From a virus (Duplodnaviria; Caudoviricetes): a stretch of 37,393 nt of DNA. Location of the stretch: IMG/VR virus record IMGVR_UViG_3300021357_000005, positions 1 through 37,393 of that record; one strand, 5' to 3'. The notes under the pieces were generated by a model, which made no database searches, was not told where the DNA came from, and saw only the letters and a list, made by a program, of their open reading frames with translations. Shown here one piece after another: positions 1-9,493 of this stretch (its first letter is position 1; each line of letters begins with the position of its first letter). The position numbers were made by a program, and so were the translations under genes.

Positions 1-2308
1 CAGCTACTGTGGTTGGCGAAACCGCCCCAATCCATTGTCCATTAGAATTAGCCCAATTGACCAACTTCATTTGCGGCGCCATTTGACGATAGTCGTCTGT
101 AATTCCGGCAACTTTCATCAAACTTTGAACATAGTCGCGACCGATAGAAGTCGCCGGTACACCGGCAATGGGATACCTCGACCCATCAAACTGAATTGCA
201 CCGTAAGCGGGACCACCGATCTGATCAATATCGGGATTCATCGAAGGACCAGCCTCGCCATTGATATTTCCTAAAATACCGGCAGCAGCAGCCTTTGAAT
301 ATCCTAAACTCAAAAGTGTTACCCACGCTTGCCATGCGAACTTCTCAGCACTGGTTTGCACTTCCGGTGGATATTGACCATTCCAGTTATTGCCTTGGCC
401 ACCGTCGGAACCAGATGATCCACCGCCTTGCCCGGGAAATACCTCCCGACCATTTAGAGTTAACTTGCCCTTAATTTCCAAGTTCTCAGAGATCAATACA
501 TTACCGTAGAAATTACCCGCCATGCCTTTATCATCTTTATAAGAATCCGTGCCATAGTATAGAAGTAACTTACCATCACGCCTCAGGAACATCCCTTTGT
601 CGTTATCAGTAGCAAAAAGGATATCTTTACCAAATGTGCGAATCAGCATATTATTTAACGGGTCAACAATCGCATAGCTGGGAAAAGGATTGTTAGCCTC
701 TGTCACGACACCCATAACGCCAATTCGATTACCAGTTGACCCCCAAAACTCTAATCCACTTTTGGTTAATTCCATCAGCTTTTTATTATTATTGACGGCC
801 TGCAATGCACCTGCTACTAATTTGAGTTGATCTCCATATGCATTAAATGATGTTTCGAAAATATCAGCTCGAATGCGCCCTGATTGAATATAATTCGCGT
901 TGAAATTACCATCAATCGTCCAAGCTGTTTTAAAGTTTGACTCATTGAAATCTCCGTCGATAAAACCAATTCCCTCTGAGTTTGCCACGAGAAAATGATT
1001 TGAGGTATCAATCGAATCGCCATTCATCCAGACCATTTGGTAAGGCTGGCGTGAAGTTCCTTTCCCGGTATCTTCTGGATTCATCATGACGATCGACCCG
1101 CCTTTAGCACCGCGAATAATATCGCTTTGCCACTTAGATACCTCAGTGGACTCATAAAAGGTCATCTTTTTGTCGTCAAGAGTCTGCAACGAGTTTTGAG
1201 TGTTTGAAGCTTGGCGAGTGGATGAAGTATTCAAGTTATCGCCCAGTCCTGTCTCGACCTTTCCCGTTAAACGGTCAATTTTCACACTAAAAATTCGAGT
1301 CTCATAATGATAGCCACGATCGTCTCGATGGATACGAATGATGTTCCCTAAACTGTCTGGTCCAAAAATAGTTGCCTTAAACTGGACTAACGGCCGCGAA
1401 CAATTAACCAACTCTTGATATGTGAGCCGGATCAACTCAATAGGATCTTCGCAGTCCTCAAAGATGACGACTTTTTCACGCTTGCGACGTTTTCCGTCTT
1501 TCGTTGGAATACCATATTTTTCAGTCATTTCAGGAATTTCCAAATTTATCTGGTTAGTTGGTTTGTCTAATGGATCGCCTTTCGACTTCGACCAATACAC
1601 TTGATCAAATTCAATACGACGACCATAGCCATCACCAACTTCTTCCCCACGACCTCGACCGATCAAAGAGGTGTAGATGTTGCTGCGGTCCACTTCCTTT
1701 TCGATGGTTAGAGCCTTATCACCGTATTCGTAACGTTCGTTGCTGTATTCACCAATCTGCTTATAAACCTCGATCCACTTGTCTGTGATCCCTTCTCCGG
1801 TTAAGTTACATCGAAAAACGATCTCACAACCAAGCGTTTGAAGATTTTTTAAAGCTTCGCGGATACTACAGTAATAGAACGTCATAGAAACGGCTGGTAA
1901 AGTTGAATCTAAATGACCGACTCTCCATTCTCCTAAAGTAAAGTCCATAACTCTCTGTATAGTTTTTTGAAAAAACTCATTTGCAGGTCGAATATCGTTG
2001 ATAATATATGCGTCCAGTTCATCCGGTCCAAAGTTGACACCAGTAAAAATTAACAATGTGCCAGGATCAGCAGTTCCTACTATTTTGTACATAGAAAAAG
2101 ACGACTCGCTTTCGCGAACCGCCATATATACTGATTCTTTAATTTCCTTATCAAATTCTGTACTTACTGATAACTTATCATTGATTAACTCATCCTTATT
2201 TGGTGTGATCTCTTTTTCTTGAACCACCGAGAAGAGTTTTTCATCACTGATTATCTTTATAAGCTTTTGATTGTCATCAAAGAAATAAACATCCTTATTC
2301 ATCATCAT
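1..2308 (-). CDS. Tail-associated lysin / tail spike (Tal), allele A; 3'-truncated by window edge
   Basis: Missing from the ORF track because it has no stop. Hand translation from ATG 2308 (overlapping the Dit stop) is open to position 1: MMMNKDVYFFDDNQKL...YTSLIGRGRGEEVGDGYGRRIEF... (Tal-type N-terminus), then FKTAWTIDGNFNANYI, then phage tail lysozyme motif AAAAGILGNINGEAG...YGAIQFDG. Lies after Dit. Confidence 0.9.
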   Translation of the reverse strand, partial: MMMNKDVYFFDDNQKLIKIISDEKLFSVVQEKEITPNKDELINDKLSVSTEFDKEIKESVYMAVRESESSFSMYKIVGTADPGTLLIFTGVNFGPDELDAYIINDIRPANEFFQKTIQRVMDFTLGEWRVGHLDSTLPAVSMTFYYCSIREALKNLQTLGCEIVFRCNLTGEGITDKWIEVYKQIGEYSNERYEYGDKALTIEKEVDRSNIYTSLIGRGRGEEVGDGYGRRIEFDQVYWSKSKGDPLDKPTNQINLEIPEMTEKYGIPTKDGKRRKREKVVIFEDCEDPIELIRLTYQELVNCSRPLVQFKATIFGPDSLGNIIRIHRDDRGYHYETRIFSVKIDRLTGKVETGLGDNLNTSSTRQASNTQNSLQTLDDKKMTFYESTEVSKWQSDIIRGAKGGSIVMMNPEDTGKGTSRQPYQMVWMNGDSIDTSNHFLVANSEGIGFIDGDFNESNFKTAWTIDGNFNANYIQSGRIRADIFETSFNAYGDQLKLVAGALQAVNNNKKLMELTKSGLEFWGSTGNRIGVMGVVTEANNPFPSYAIVDPLNNMLIRTFGKDILFATDNDKGMFLRRDGKLLLYYGTDSYKDDKGMAGNFYGNVLISENLEIKGKLTLNGREVFPGQGGGSSGSDGGQGNNWNGQYPPEVQTSAEKFAWQAWVTLLSLGYSKAAAAGILGNINGEAGPSMNPDIDQIGGPAYGAIQFDGSRYPIAGVPATSIGRDYVQSLMKVAGITDDYRQMAPQMKLVNWANSNGQWIGAVSPTTVA

Positions 2309-3090
2309 AACCACGCACCTCTGAATCGGACAAGAGGATTTCCGTTGTCACTTTTGATCACATCTCCTGTTTTTACTTTGAAACCTTTAAACGGACTAGT
2401 CAAATCAAGGATACGCGTCTTGTTCTCGCCATTCACTAAAACTTTTCCTTCATTGATTAACAGTTCGACTTTATCACCCTTTTTGATAGCTGAATTTGAA
2501 ATACTGATTGTCTGTCGACCATTAGTGATTCGAACTGAGCTATCCTTTGTCGCTGTAAAACTGATTGAATCTGGCGTTACCTCATACGGCAAATACTCAA
2601 ATATTTCTCCGTTTGTCTCAAAGACTTTAGTATATTTTCGAGGATCTGAACAAGTGATAGTAAAACTAGAAGAGATGCTATTTGTATTTCCAGGAACTTT
2701 ATCCGTCGCAGAATATCGACCAAAATAAAAAGTGTCGAGCTCATCATTAAAATGAATCTCGACATCTTTTTGCCGGTACAGTAGCCCCATCAGTTTTTTG
2801 AAGCTTCGCTGAAATTCAACTGAATTAACTTCTGTCAATTTGTAGAACACTGTCAATATACGTTCAGGCAAGCGTTGCGAAGATATATGAACTCCTACGT
2901 TCTTTTTCTCTGATTCAATATCTAACGACAACATTTCCCGACCTTCAACGTAAAGTGTTTGATACCCGGGAAGAATTTTTTCAAACATGACACTGTCATA
3001 AATCATCGCAGAAGTCGGAATCCACGAATCGTAATCAGAACTTTTTATTGTGTCTCTAAAATGATACATCGGGTTATCCCATTCTTGCAC
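2305..3090 (-). CDS. Distal tail protein (Dit, Sipho_tail family)
   Basis: Between TMP and Tal; motifs GYQTLYVEGRE, FNDELD.FY.G, FTITCSDP.KY are typical of Firmicute siphophage Dit. Confidence 0.85.
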   Translation of the reverse strand: MQEWDNPMYHFRDTIKSSDYDSWIPTSAMIYDSVMFEKILPGYQTLYVEGREMLSLDIESEKKNVGVHISSQRLPERILTVFYKLTEVNSVEFQRSFKKLMGLLYRQKDVEIHFNDELDTFYFGRYSATDKVPGNTNSISSSFTITCSDPRKYTKVFETNGEIFEYLPYEVTPDSISFTATKDSSVRITNGRQTISISNSAIKKGDKVELLINEGKVLVNGENKTRILDLTSPFKGFKVKTGDVIKSDNGNPLVRFRGAWL

Positions 3091-3104
3091 GTGTCATCCT
3101 CCTT

Positions 3105-5396
3105 CTAAAATTCTAAATTAATTTCTCTTTCTTGGCCTTGCGCTTGTGAGATATCATCCACGAAGGCTTTGAATTGTTGGTTGCCTAAACGGATGTTGAA
3201 CGTTGCCGGTTGTTTGTTAGTTCGATTCTCATTTCTTGTTGTAACAGAATGTTTCACTCCTAAACTAGCATTCAAGTTGCTCAGCGCGGGGATATCCATT
3301 ACAGAAGCCATAGCTCGATTTATTTCGCTTTGTCCAGAATAAATTCCTGTTGAAATAGTTCCGCCAAAATTCAATCGATCTAGATCGCTTAGTGGCCCCT
3401 CTTTTGCTGGTGAAAATGGTAAATACCGTCGCACTTTTGATACTACTGCACTTATCGCCTTCACCGGCAAACTTATTGCCGACCAAATTCCATCAGCAAT
3501 CATCTTGACCAAATTCCAACCAGCGTTTTTGAAAATAGAAAAGAAACCTTTCACTACACCGATTACAGCTTCTAACGCTCCAACGACTAATCCACCCAAA
3601 CCATACAGGATGCCAGAGGCCGCTTCCATCATACCTTCCCAAGCCATAGACCAATCTCCAGAAAGCACTCCGAGAACAAATTTGATTAAACCTTGAATCA
3701 CACGCAAAGCCCCTTCAATCACGCCCGAAATAGCTGTCCATATACCTTCCGTAATACCTTTGATAGCAGTCCAAACACCTACAATAACACCTTGGATCAC
3801 ACCCATAGCATTTCGAATAAATTGTCCGATTTTTCCATTCCAAATAGCATCTACTGCGGCTGCGATTTCCTCGTTATTTGCTTTCCACCAAGCAACGACC
3901 CCTCCGAAAATTCGCTGAATCGTGTTTGATACAGTTTGAACAGCGAAAGAAATTGTATTTTTTATCGATTCCCAAATAGCAGTAACTGCATTTCTAAATC
4001 CTTCACTCGTATTCCACGCCAATATAAATGCGCCTACTAACAAAGCTATGATTCCAATAATTATCCCGACAGGCCCCGTTAACGCAGTAAATACGCCTCC
4101 CAAAGCTGGAAATGATGTTGATAAAAATCCAACAGCTACCTTAAGTTTTGCAAACCACACAAGCATAGAGCCACCGATAAAAAGGAGAGGCCCGATCGCT
4201 GCAACTAAGCCAGCTATTACTAAAACCATCTTTTGAATTGGCTCAGGAGCATCAACAAATTTTTGCACCAATCCTCCGATTGTATCGGCTACTCCGCGAA
4301 TTGCTGGAGCGATAATACCTTGAATTACAATTGCCGCAGATTCAAATGCTCCTAACATTTGTTCTATTGATGAGTTCATATTATCTTGCATTGTTCGAGC
4401 CATTTCATCAGCAGCGCCATTAGAGTCCTTCAAAGAATTTGTAAGTTTCCCTAATGAATCCGGTCCTTTGTCAATCAGCGCCATCATTCCTGAAAGAGAT
4501 TCTTGACCATATAAGGTTACTAAGGCATTTTGTTGTTGTTCCGGCGTTAATCCTTTAAACGCATGTTGAAGCATCCCTATTTGATCTTTTAATGATTTCA
4601 TATTTCCTTCAGCATCATAAAAACTCAATCCTAGTTCTTCCATTTTGGCGATCATTGGATCTGTAGGTTTTGCCAGTCTAGACAAAGCCCCACGTAAAGA
4701 TGTACCTGCTTGTGATCCTTTAATGCCGGCATCAGACATGATACCTATCGCTGCGGCAGATTCCTCAAGTGAAATGCCCATTGCATTTGCGACTGGCGCA
4801 ATATATTTCATTGCTTCCCCCATGTCAGCGACCTCCGCATTAGTGTCAGCTGCTGCCCGAGCAAACACATCGGCTACATGTCCAGCTTTACTAGCGTCCA
4901 ATCCAAATCCTCTCAGTGCAGTTGCTGCATTTTCAGATGCCAGTGCGACATCACCACCCGAAACTGCTGCTAAGTCAAGCAACCCTGGCATGGCAGACAT
5001 GATTTCATTTGCATCAAAACCAGCAGATGCCAAGTTTTCCATACCAGCAGCAGACTCTTTCGCACTGAAAGCAGTCTTAGCGCCTAAATCAATTGCTTGT
5101 TGCTTTAACTGATCGAATGAACTGCCTGTAGCACCAGATATCGCCTTTACTCGACTCATTTGTTCTTCAAAGTCGCCACCGATCTTAGCAGCAGCTATTC
5201 CTGCACCCAGAATGGGAACTGTAAGAAGTTTTGTCATTGATTTCCCAGCAGTTTGCATGGTTGACCCGACAGCCATCATCGTACTATTTGAATCTTTTTC
5301 AAAGGTTTCGACTGCAGACTGAGCATCTTTAAATGTTTTTACAAATCCACTGTCCGTTGCTTTTAGATATGCTTCTACTGAAAATGATTCTGCTAT
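3105..5396 (-). CDS. Tape measure protein (TP901-type core); start extended to ATA at 5396
   Basis: FEEQMSRVKAISGA...LGAKTAFSA.ESAAGM.NLASAG core followed by W/F-spaced amphipathic repeats. The frame is open 39 codons upstream of the track ATG (5279), and GGAGG lies 8 nt before ATA 5396. Confidence 0.9.
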   Translation of the reverse strand: MAESFSVEAYLKATDSGFVKTFKDAQSAVETFEKDSNSTMMAVGSTMQTAGKSMTKLLTVPILGAGIAAAKIGGDFEEQMSRVKAISGATGSSFDQLKQQAIDLGAKTAFSAKESAAGMENLASAGFDANEIMSAMPGLLDLAAVSGGDVALASENAATALRGFGLDASKAGHVADVFARAAADTNAEVADMGEAMKYIAPVANAMGISLEESAAAIGIMSDAGIKGSQAGTSLRGALSRLAKPTDPMIAKMEELGLSFYDAEGNMKSLKDQIGMLQHAFKGLTPEQQQNALVTLYGQESLSGMMALIDKGPDSLGKLTNSLKDSNGAADEMARTMQDNMNSSIEQMLGAFESAAIVIQGIIAPAIRGVADTIGGLVQKFVDAPEPIQKMVLVIAGLVAAIGPLLFIGGSMLVWFAKLKVAVGFLSTSFPALGGVFTALTGPVGIIIGIIALLVGAFILAWNTSEGFRNAVTAIWESIKNTISFAVQTVSNTIQRIFGGVVAWWKANNEEIAAAVDAIWNGKIGQFIRNAMGVIQGVIVGVWTAIKGITEGIWTAISGVIEGALRVIQGLIKFVLGVLSGDWSMAWEGMMEAASGILYGLGGLVVGALEAVIGVVKGFFSIFKNAGWNLVKMIADGIWSAISLPVKAISAVVSKVRRYLPFSPAKEGPLSDLDRLNFGGTISTGIYSGQSEINRAMASVMDIPALSNLNASLGVKHSVTTRNENRTNKQPATFNIRLGNQQFKAFVDDISQAQGQEREINLEF

Positions 5397-5782
5397 ATCG
5401 ACCCCCTCCCTTCTCTAAATTCACGAAGGCGTTTAGCTACTTGTGTTAGTTCTCGTTTGCGTTCTTCATTAAGTATTTCTTGTTCGAATATGGACCCTTC
5501 AAGAACATTGTTTATTCTTTCTTCGTAGTCGTAAAAATCAGAAAGTTGTTTGTAAATGGGTTCGCCTTTTTTATTTTTTGCGCGTACCGCATCATTTAGA
5601 AAGGCTTGCTGGTGCCGCTTCATTTCCTCGTCTACTTGAGAAAGATTGAAAGCGAGCATTCGTAGCTCATATTCTCTGATAGTCATTTTGTTAACTTCTT
5701 CAAATGTTTGACAACCAAGAAACCGAAAAGCGTTTAAAGCTAATTCTTCATAGAATTCTCGACTATTTTTTTTTAGTTTTTG
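5393..5782 (-). CDS. Tail assembly chaperone, frameshifted C-terminal (gpGT-like) part
   Basis: The frame of ORF 5393..5686 is open upstream to the C AAA AAC site at 5776-5782 at the end of the chaperone gene (-1 frame); located just before TMP. Confidence 0.75.
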   Translation of the reverse strand, partial: QKLKKNSREFYEELALNAFRFLGCQTFEEVNKMTIREYELRMLAFNLSQVDEEMKRHQQAFLNDAVRAKNKKGEPIYKQLSDFYDYEERINNVLEGSIFEQEILNEERKRELTQVAKRLREFREGRGSI

Positions 5783-6126
5783 CTCGCTGCTTTTCGTGTC
5801 TGAGCTTTCAGTTTTTTTATCATCGCTTTTGTTAAATCCTGCTTCCCCAACTCTGTTATTAAGTCTCCCGACATTTTTTCAATATCTTGAGTTATTAGCC
5901 ATGCTTCGATTTCAGACTTGCCAACTTTTACATTGTCTGTTTGTAAAGCCATAATGATATTTCTCAGAACTACCGGATTACATTGCTGTAAATAAACAAG
6001 CGCTGAACTGATCCCCATTCCAAAAGAAGCACCTCCGGTGTGGACTTCATACATCTGATCAAGTGCTTCGATAGCACCAATGGTAAATTTCACATCAATA
6101 ATTTTCCCATTAATATCAAAGTTCAT
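5773..6126 (-). CDS. Tail assembly chaperone (gpG-like)
   Basis: Between major tail protein and TMP; GGAGG RBS; ends AGC AAA AAC TAA. Confidence 0.8.
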   Translation of the reverse strand: MNFDINGKIIDVKFTIGAIEALDQMYEVHTGGASFGMGISSALVYLQQCNPVVLRNIIMALQTDNVKVGKSEIEAWLITQDIEKMSGDLITELGKQDLTKAMIKKLKAQTRKAASKN

Positions 6127-6137
6127 ATTTTCCTCCT

Positions 6138-6170
6138 AAAAAAGAAGGCTAGACTATTTGTCTAACCTTC
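6138..6170 (-). terminator. Intrinsic terminator after major tail gene
   Basis: Minus strand GAAGGTTAGAC-AAATA-GTCTAGCCTTC followed by T6. Confidence 0.7.
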
Positions 6171-6659
6171 AGTAGTTGTTTTGGTAGTGTCTTGGAATGC
6201 GTATTGAGCCTCTTTAATTGTCGATTCAGAAACAGTGGCAAACCCGTCTTTTGGAGTTCCTTCGATGGTTGCTTCTGTTTCAATTTCAATCAAATCTTCA
6301 ACATTTGCTGGTAATTTCCATTTACCAACTTTTCCACGACCATAGATTGCAGGATATTTTCCTTCTTGTTTCTCACCCTTCAAATCAACATCCCAAAATT
6401 CCATTGTAGCTCCGTCTTCTACCGATTTCTTCATGTACATATTTTCGTCATCGTAAGATGCAAGGCCTTTTAGCGCCAGAGTCACTTCCAAACCACCAGA
6501 GGTAGGAACACTACCGTCTTTCGTTTGTTCTGACTTATTGTCACGCGAATACTCCCATTCGTGTTCAATTTGATATAAAGGCTTCGTCGCATCTTTTGAA
6601 CCTGCTTCATCTAAACGACGAACAAGCAAAATTCGGTCTTTCCCTTGAATCACTGTCAT
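6162..6659 (-). CDS. Major tail protein (TP901-1 family)
   Basis: MTVIQGKDRILL.R...YQIEHEWEY...QTKDG. The start at 6659 has a GGAGG RBS; the track start at 6704 is too long. Confidence 0.85.
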   Translation of the reverse strand: MTVIQGKDRILLVRRLDEAGSKDATKPLYQIEHEWEYSRDNKSEQTKDGSVPTSGGLEVTLALKGLASYDDENMYMKKSVEDGATMEFWDVDLKGEKQEGKYPAIYGRGKVGKWKLPANVEDLIEIETEATIEGTPKDGFATVSESTIKEAQYAFQDTTKTTTEG

Positions 6660-6670
6660 GCTTTTCCCTC

Positions 6671-7060
6671 CTAGTAAAATCGCATCTCTAGCGGTATTAC
6701 ACAATGCCAGAGCGCGGTATTTGTTGTTGTATTCTGCAGCATTTGTGGCTGCGTTTGGTTATTGGATATTTTCCAATTAAAGTTTTTCGATTGTCTTAGT
6801 TTCCGAAGTTCCCACAGAATCGCGCCTTTCATATCTGAGACCTGCTTGCGCTTGGTGTGCAATCCATAGATATGGATATTGAGTTGAACAGTACCCACTA
6901 AAACAGATTTAGTCGCTTGTGGCAGTTCTTGAGACTCGCCAATATACACAAACGGATATGGTGTTTTATCAGGCGGTAGGTAAGTAAACACGTTATATTC
7001 TAAGGCTTGACAAATTTTGTAGACTTCATCGTATAATTCTTGATCCGGTTGTTTTTGCAT
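6671..7060 (-). CDS. Tail terminator / tail completion protein
   Basis: YLPPDKTPYPFVYIGE motif; located just before the major tail gene. Confidence 0.75.
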   Translation of the reverse strand: MQKQPDQELYDEVYKICQALEYNVFTYLPPDKTPYPFVYIGESQELPQATKSVLVGTVQLNIHIYGLHTKRKQVSDMKGAILWELRKLRQSKNFNWKISNNQTQPQMLQNTTTNTALWHCVIPLEMRFY

Positions 7061-7398
7061 TAACTTACCAACCCTCTCATGTCAGCTAAAAATTTAATCT
7101 TTTGATAGTTAAAAGCGTTGCTGACAAAAGGTTGCGCAGCTTGGAATCTCGTACCGAAATTGACATAAGGCGCATATTCAGCAGTCGGCGTCACCATCCC
7201 GGACAACCCGCCGTCTAATATAGACTGTGTGATGGATCGCCGCATAAATCCGGTGTCAACAGGAGCGCGCCTCTGCATCTGATTGGCCATTTCGGAAGTA
7301 TTTGTGGTAACCACTTTTTTAACTGCTTCTAAGCTAATCGCACGCTCTATATGAGCAAACAGTGCTGATGTTCCTTTTACTTCAAGACTAGCCTTCAT
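7060..7398 (-). CDS. HK97 gp10-family tail component
   Basis: APVDTGFMRRSI, AEYAPYVNFGTRFQAAQPFV; likely start MKASLEV at 7398. Confidence 0.85.
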   Translation of the reverse strand: MKASLEVKGTSALFAHIERAISLEAVKKVVTTNTSEMANQMQRRAPVDTGFMRRSITQSILDGGLSGMVTPTAEYAPYVNFGTRFQAAQPFVSNAFNYQKIKFLADMRGLVS

Positions 7399-7720
7399 TT
7401 GAAGCCACCTCCTGAACAATAAACGTATTTTTCAATCGAAGGTTACGCTCGGTGATAATCTCGAATTTATCGGTTTTGTTTCGTAGCTTGTTGAAAATTA
7501 AAACGTAATCCCAATCTTTTTTGTAAGGACGTAATAAACGAATGACCTTAGCCCCTTGTTTAATATCTCCGAACAACGCTTTCGATCTGTCAGTTCCTAA
7601 ATCCGTAACGTTAGCAAATTTTAATTTTTCGTCTAAGCTTGGTTCTACATGTTCTCCTAACTCAGGATCGTAATAGCCATCTTTTTCGATAACGAAAGTT
7701 ACTTCTGTGTCATATCTCAT
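7388..7720 (-). CDS. Head closure / head-tail adaptor
   Basis: MRYDTEVTF...YDPELGE; position in the neck module. Confidence 0.65.
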   Translation of the reverse strand: MRYDTEVTFVIEKDGYYDPELGEHVEPSLDEKLKFANVTDLGTDRSKALFGDIKQGAKVIRLLRPYKKDWDYVLIFNKLRNKTDKFEIITERNLRLKNTFIVQEVASNEG

Positions 7721-8055
7721 ACAAATCTAGCCACCCCTTTACGAGGTACTGTATTTTCTTTCTGCTTATCTTTATAGGCTGTTATATCATCCTCGAACTC
7801 ATCCAATAATTTTCCATAAGTAATAGACTCGCCTTCTTGGCTATAGGAACTCATTCCTTCATCACCTTTGCGATTGAATCTCTTAATGGTGCATTCGACA
7901 ACAATGTAGTTTAATGCCTCAGGAACTCTCTCTAAGAAGCCCAAGCGTACACACAACTGGCTTGAGATTCGTTTGATAAAATCGATTAATTGCTTATCCA
8001 GATCCTCATCATCAACTTCGAGCGATCGTTTCACTTCTTCCAAGGTCTCGTCCAT
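7717..8055 (-). CDS. Head-tail connector (gp6/gp15-like)
   Basis: VPEALNYIVVE..IKRFNR.G.EGMSSYSQEG.SITY motif. Confidence 0.85.
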   Translation of the reverse strand: MDETLEEVKRSLEVDDEDLDKQLIDFIKRISSQLCVRLGFLERVPEALNYIVVECTIKRFNRKGDEGMSSYSQEGESITYGKLLDEFEDDITAYKDKQKENTVPRKGVARFV

Positions 8056-8069
8056 GACTGCCTCCTTTC

Positions 8070-8100
8070 AAAAATAAAAAGGCTAGTCAAATGACTAACC
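8070..8100 (-). terminator. Intrinsic terminator after capsid/Ig gene
   Basis: Minus strand GGTTAGTC-ATTT-GACTAGCC followed by TTTTTATTTTT. Confidence 0.7.
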
Positions 8101-8403
8101 CTCCGGTTCTGTTAATGTCAATGTATGGATATCTTTAAATGATCCATCCACCGTTGTTGCTGTGGTAGTATAGACACCTGCCGGAACAGCGTCTGTCCAA
8201 GTTACTAGTCCGTTATCAGAAACTGTTAACCCCTCAGTGTTTGGTTGGATTGAAAACTCAACATTTTTATTTGTCGCATTTTCAGGCAATACCACAACCG
8301 TTAGTTGTCTGTTCCCAGCAGTCCCCGCAACTGCTGTTGATGTTTTAGGTGATAGAGTTAACCCTGTAGCGGGGATAACTACTCCCCCACATCTAAAATA
8401 CAT
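8095..8403 (-). CDS. Ig-like (Big_2-type) domain, probably a frameshifted extension of the capsid protein
   Basis: IPATGLTLSPKT...QLTVVVLPENATNKNVEFS...VSDNGLVT is Ig group 2-like; overlaps the capsid stop in the -1 frame. Confidence 0.75.
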   Translation of the reverse strand: MYFRCGGVVIPATGLTLSPKTSTAVAGTAGNRQLTVVVLPENATNKNVEFSIQPNTEGLTVSDNGLVTWTDAVPAGVYTTTATTVDGSFKDIHTLTLTEPEG

Positions 8404-9479
8404 ACAGCCTCTGATTGTTCAAATGAAGGTAAAGAAATCATGGATACCTTCGTTTCGACGTTTACCGGGTCTGCTTTCTTCATCGTTGTAATTGCAACGC
8501 CTGTATCCACAATAGAAACATTCGCAACGTTTGGACTAGACATCAAGTCCGCTTCCTCAGGAGTTGTACCAAACCATGTTTTACCCAAAGTTTCTGCTGG
8601 CAATAACACAAAAATATTGTCAGGAATGAACTTGTGTGTTCCAGATGTGTCCGTGTACACCTTGTCATAAACAACAATTTCCAAGTTAAATTCTTCTGAA
8701 ATATAGTCTAGAAGAGACTGCTTCGAAAGTTTAGCAGCTTGAGCATTCGCGTTGTTTCCTAAGATTGTCGCCTTGATTGCTGCATTCTGGCGGAGGTAAC
8801 GGAACGTTTTGCTGTTTAAAACAGCACGCGCTGGGGTCACACCATCTTCTTTCATTGCCGTCACGGCAATATCGATATCCTCTACAGGATCAGCATTTTC
8901 AATATCAGACCATTTAGTAGCAGCTTTTTTCTTATGCCCAGCAGGTAAGTCATAATCAATATTGTACTGTTGCCCATTTTCGTTGATTTTAATTGTCCCT
9001 GTTGTCAGCATTTGCATGCGCATAATTTCGCGACGCACAGCAGCTCCACGAAGCAAATCCGCTACATCATCGAATACACGGTTAAGCAACACGTCCTGGT
9101 ATTCTTTGTTGTTAGTTTGGTTAACCATTTGTAACTGTTGACGCAATTCTTCGTCAATGTAGTATGATTCCTTGAAGAAAATCATTTTCTCAATTAACTC
9201 TTCAAAGCCTGCACGTCCACGCGGGATCACATCAGCGTCAAGAGCAGAAGGGCGCAACGCTACTGGTGATCCAGTTTTCCCCTTCAACCAAGACAATTTC
9301 ATTCCTAGCTGCTTATCCATAGGGAATAATTCTTCTCCCAAATAGGGTTGAGTTTCATTGGTTTTTTCTGCCCAATAAGTTGCTACATTAGGCGCTTGAA
9401 CCAAATCAAAAATATTTAACGTCGCAAATGTTTGCAAGTTCATTTTCATTAAAGTTTCTTTTCGTACTCGTACGTTCAT
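8379..9479 (-). CDS. Major capsid protein (Phage_cap_E family)
   Basis: 366 aa; YLGEELFP, RREIMRMQMLTTG, LGKTWFGTTPEE, DPVNVETKVSMISLPSFE. Confidence 0.9.
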   Translation of the reverse strand: MNVRVRKETLMKMNLQTFATLNIFDLVQAPNVATYWAEKTNETQPYLGEELFPMDKQLGMKLSWLKGKTGSPVALRPSALDADVIPRGRAGFEELIEKMIFFKESYYIDEELRQQLQMVNQTNNKEYQDVLLNRVFDDVADLLRGAAVRREIMRMQMLTTGTIKINENGQQYNIDYDLPAGHKKKAATKWSDIENADPVEDIDIAVTAMKEDGVTPARAVLNSKTFRYLRQNAAIKATILGNNANAQAAKLSKQSLLDYISEEFNLEIVVYDKVYTDTSGTHKFIPDNIFVLLPAETLGKTWFGTTPEEADLMSSPNVANVSIVDTGVAITTMKKADPVNVETKVSMISLPSFEQSEAVCILDVGE

Positions 9480-9493
9480 TTAACAGTTCCTCC

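Noticed and set aside
35-5112. Plus-strand ORFs in the track across the tail region (and similar ones genome-wide)
   Set aside because: They are antisense shadows of well-supported minus-strand genes and lack RBS or recognisable motifs.
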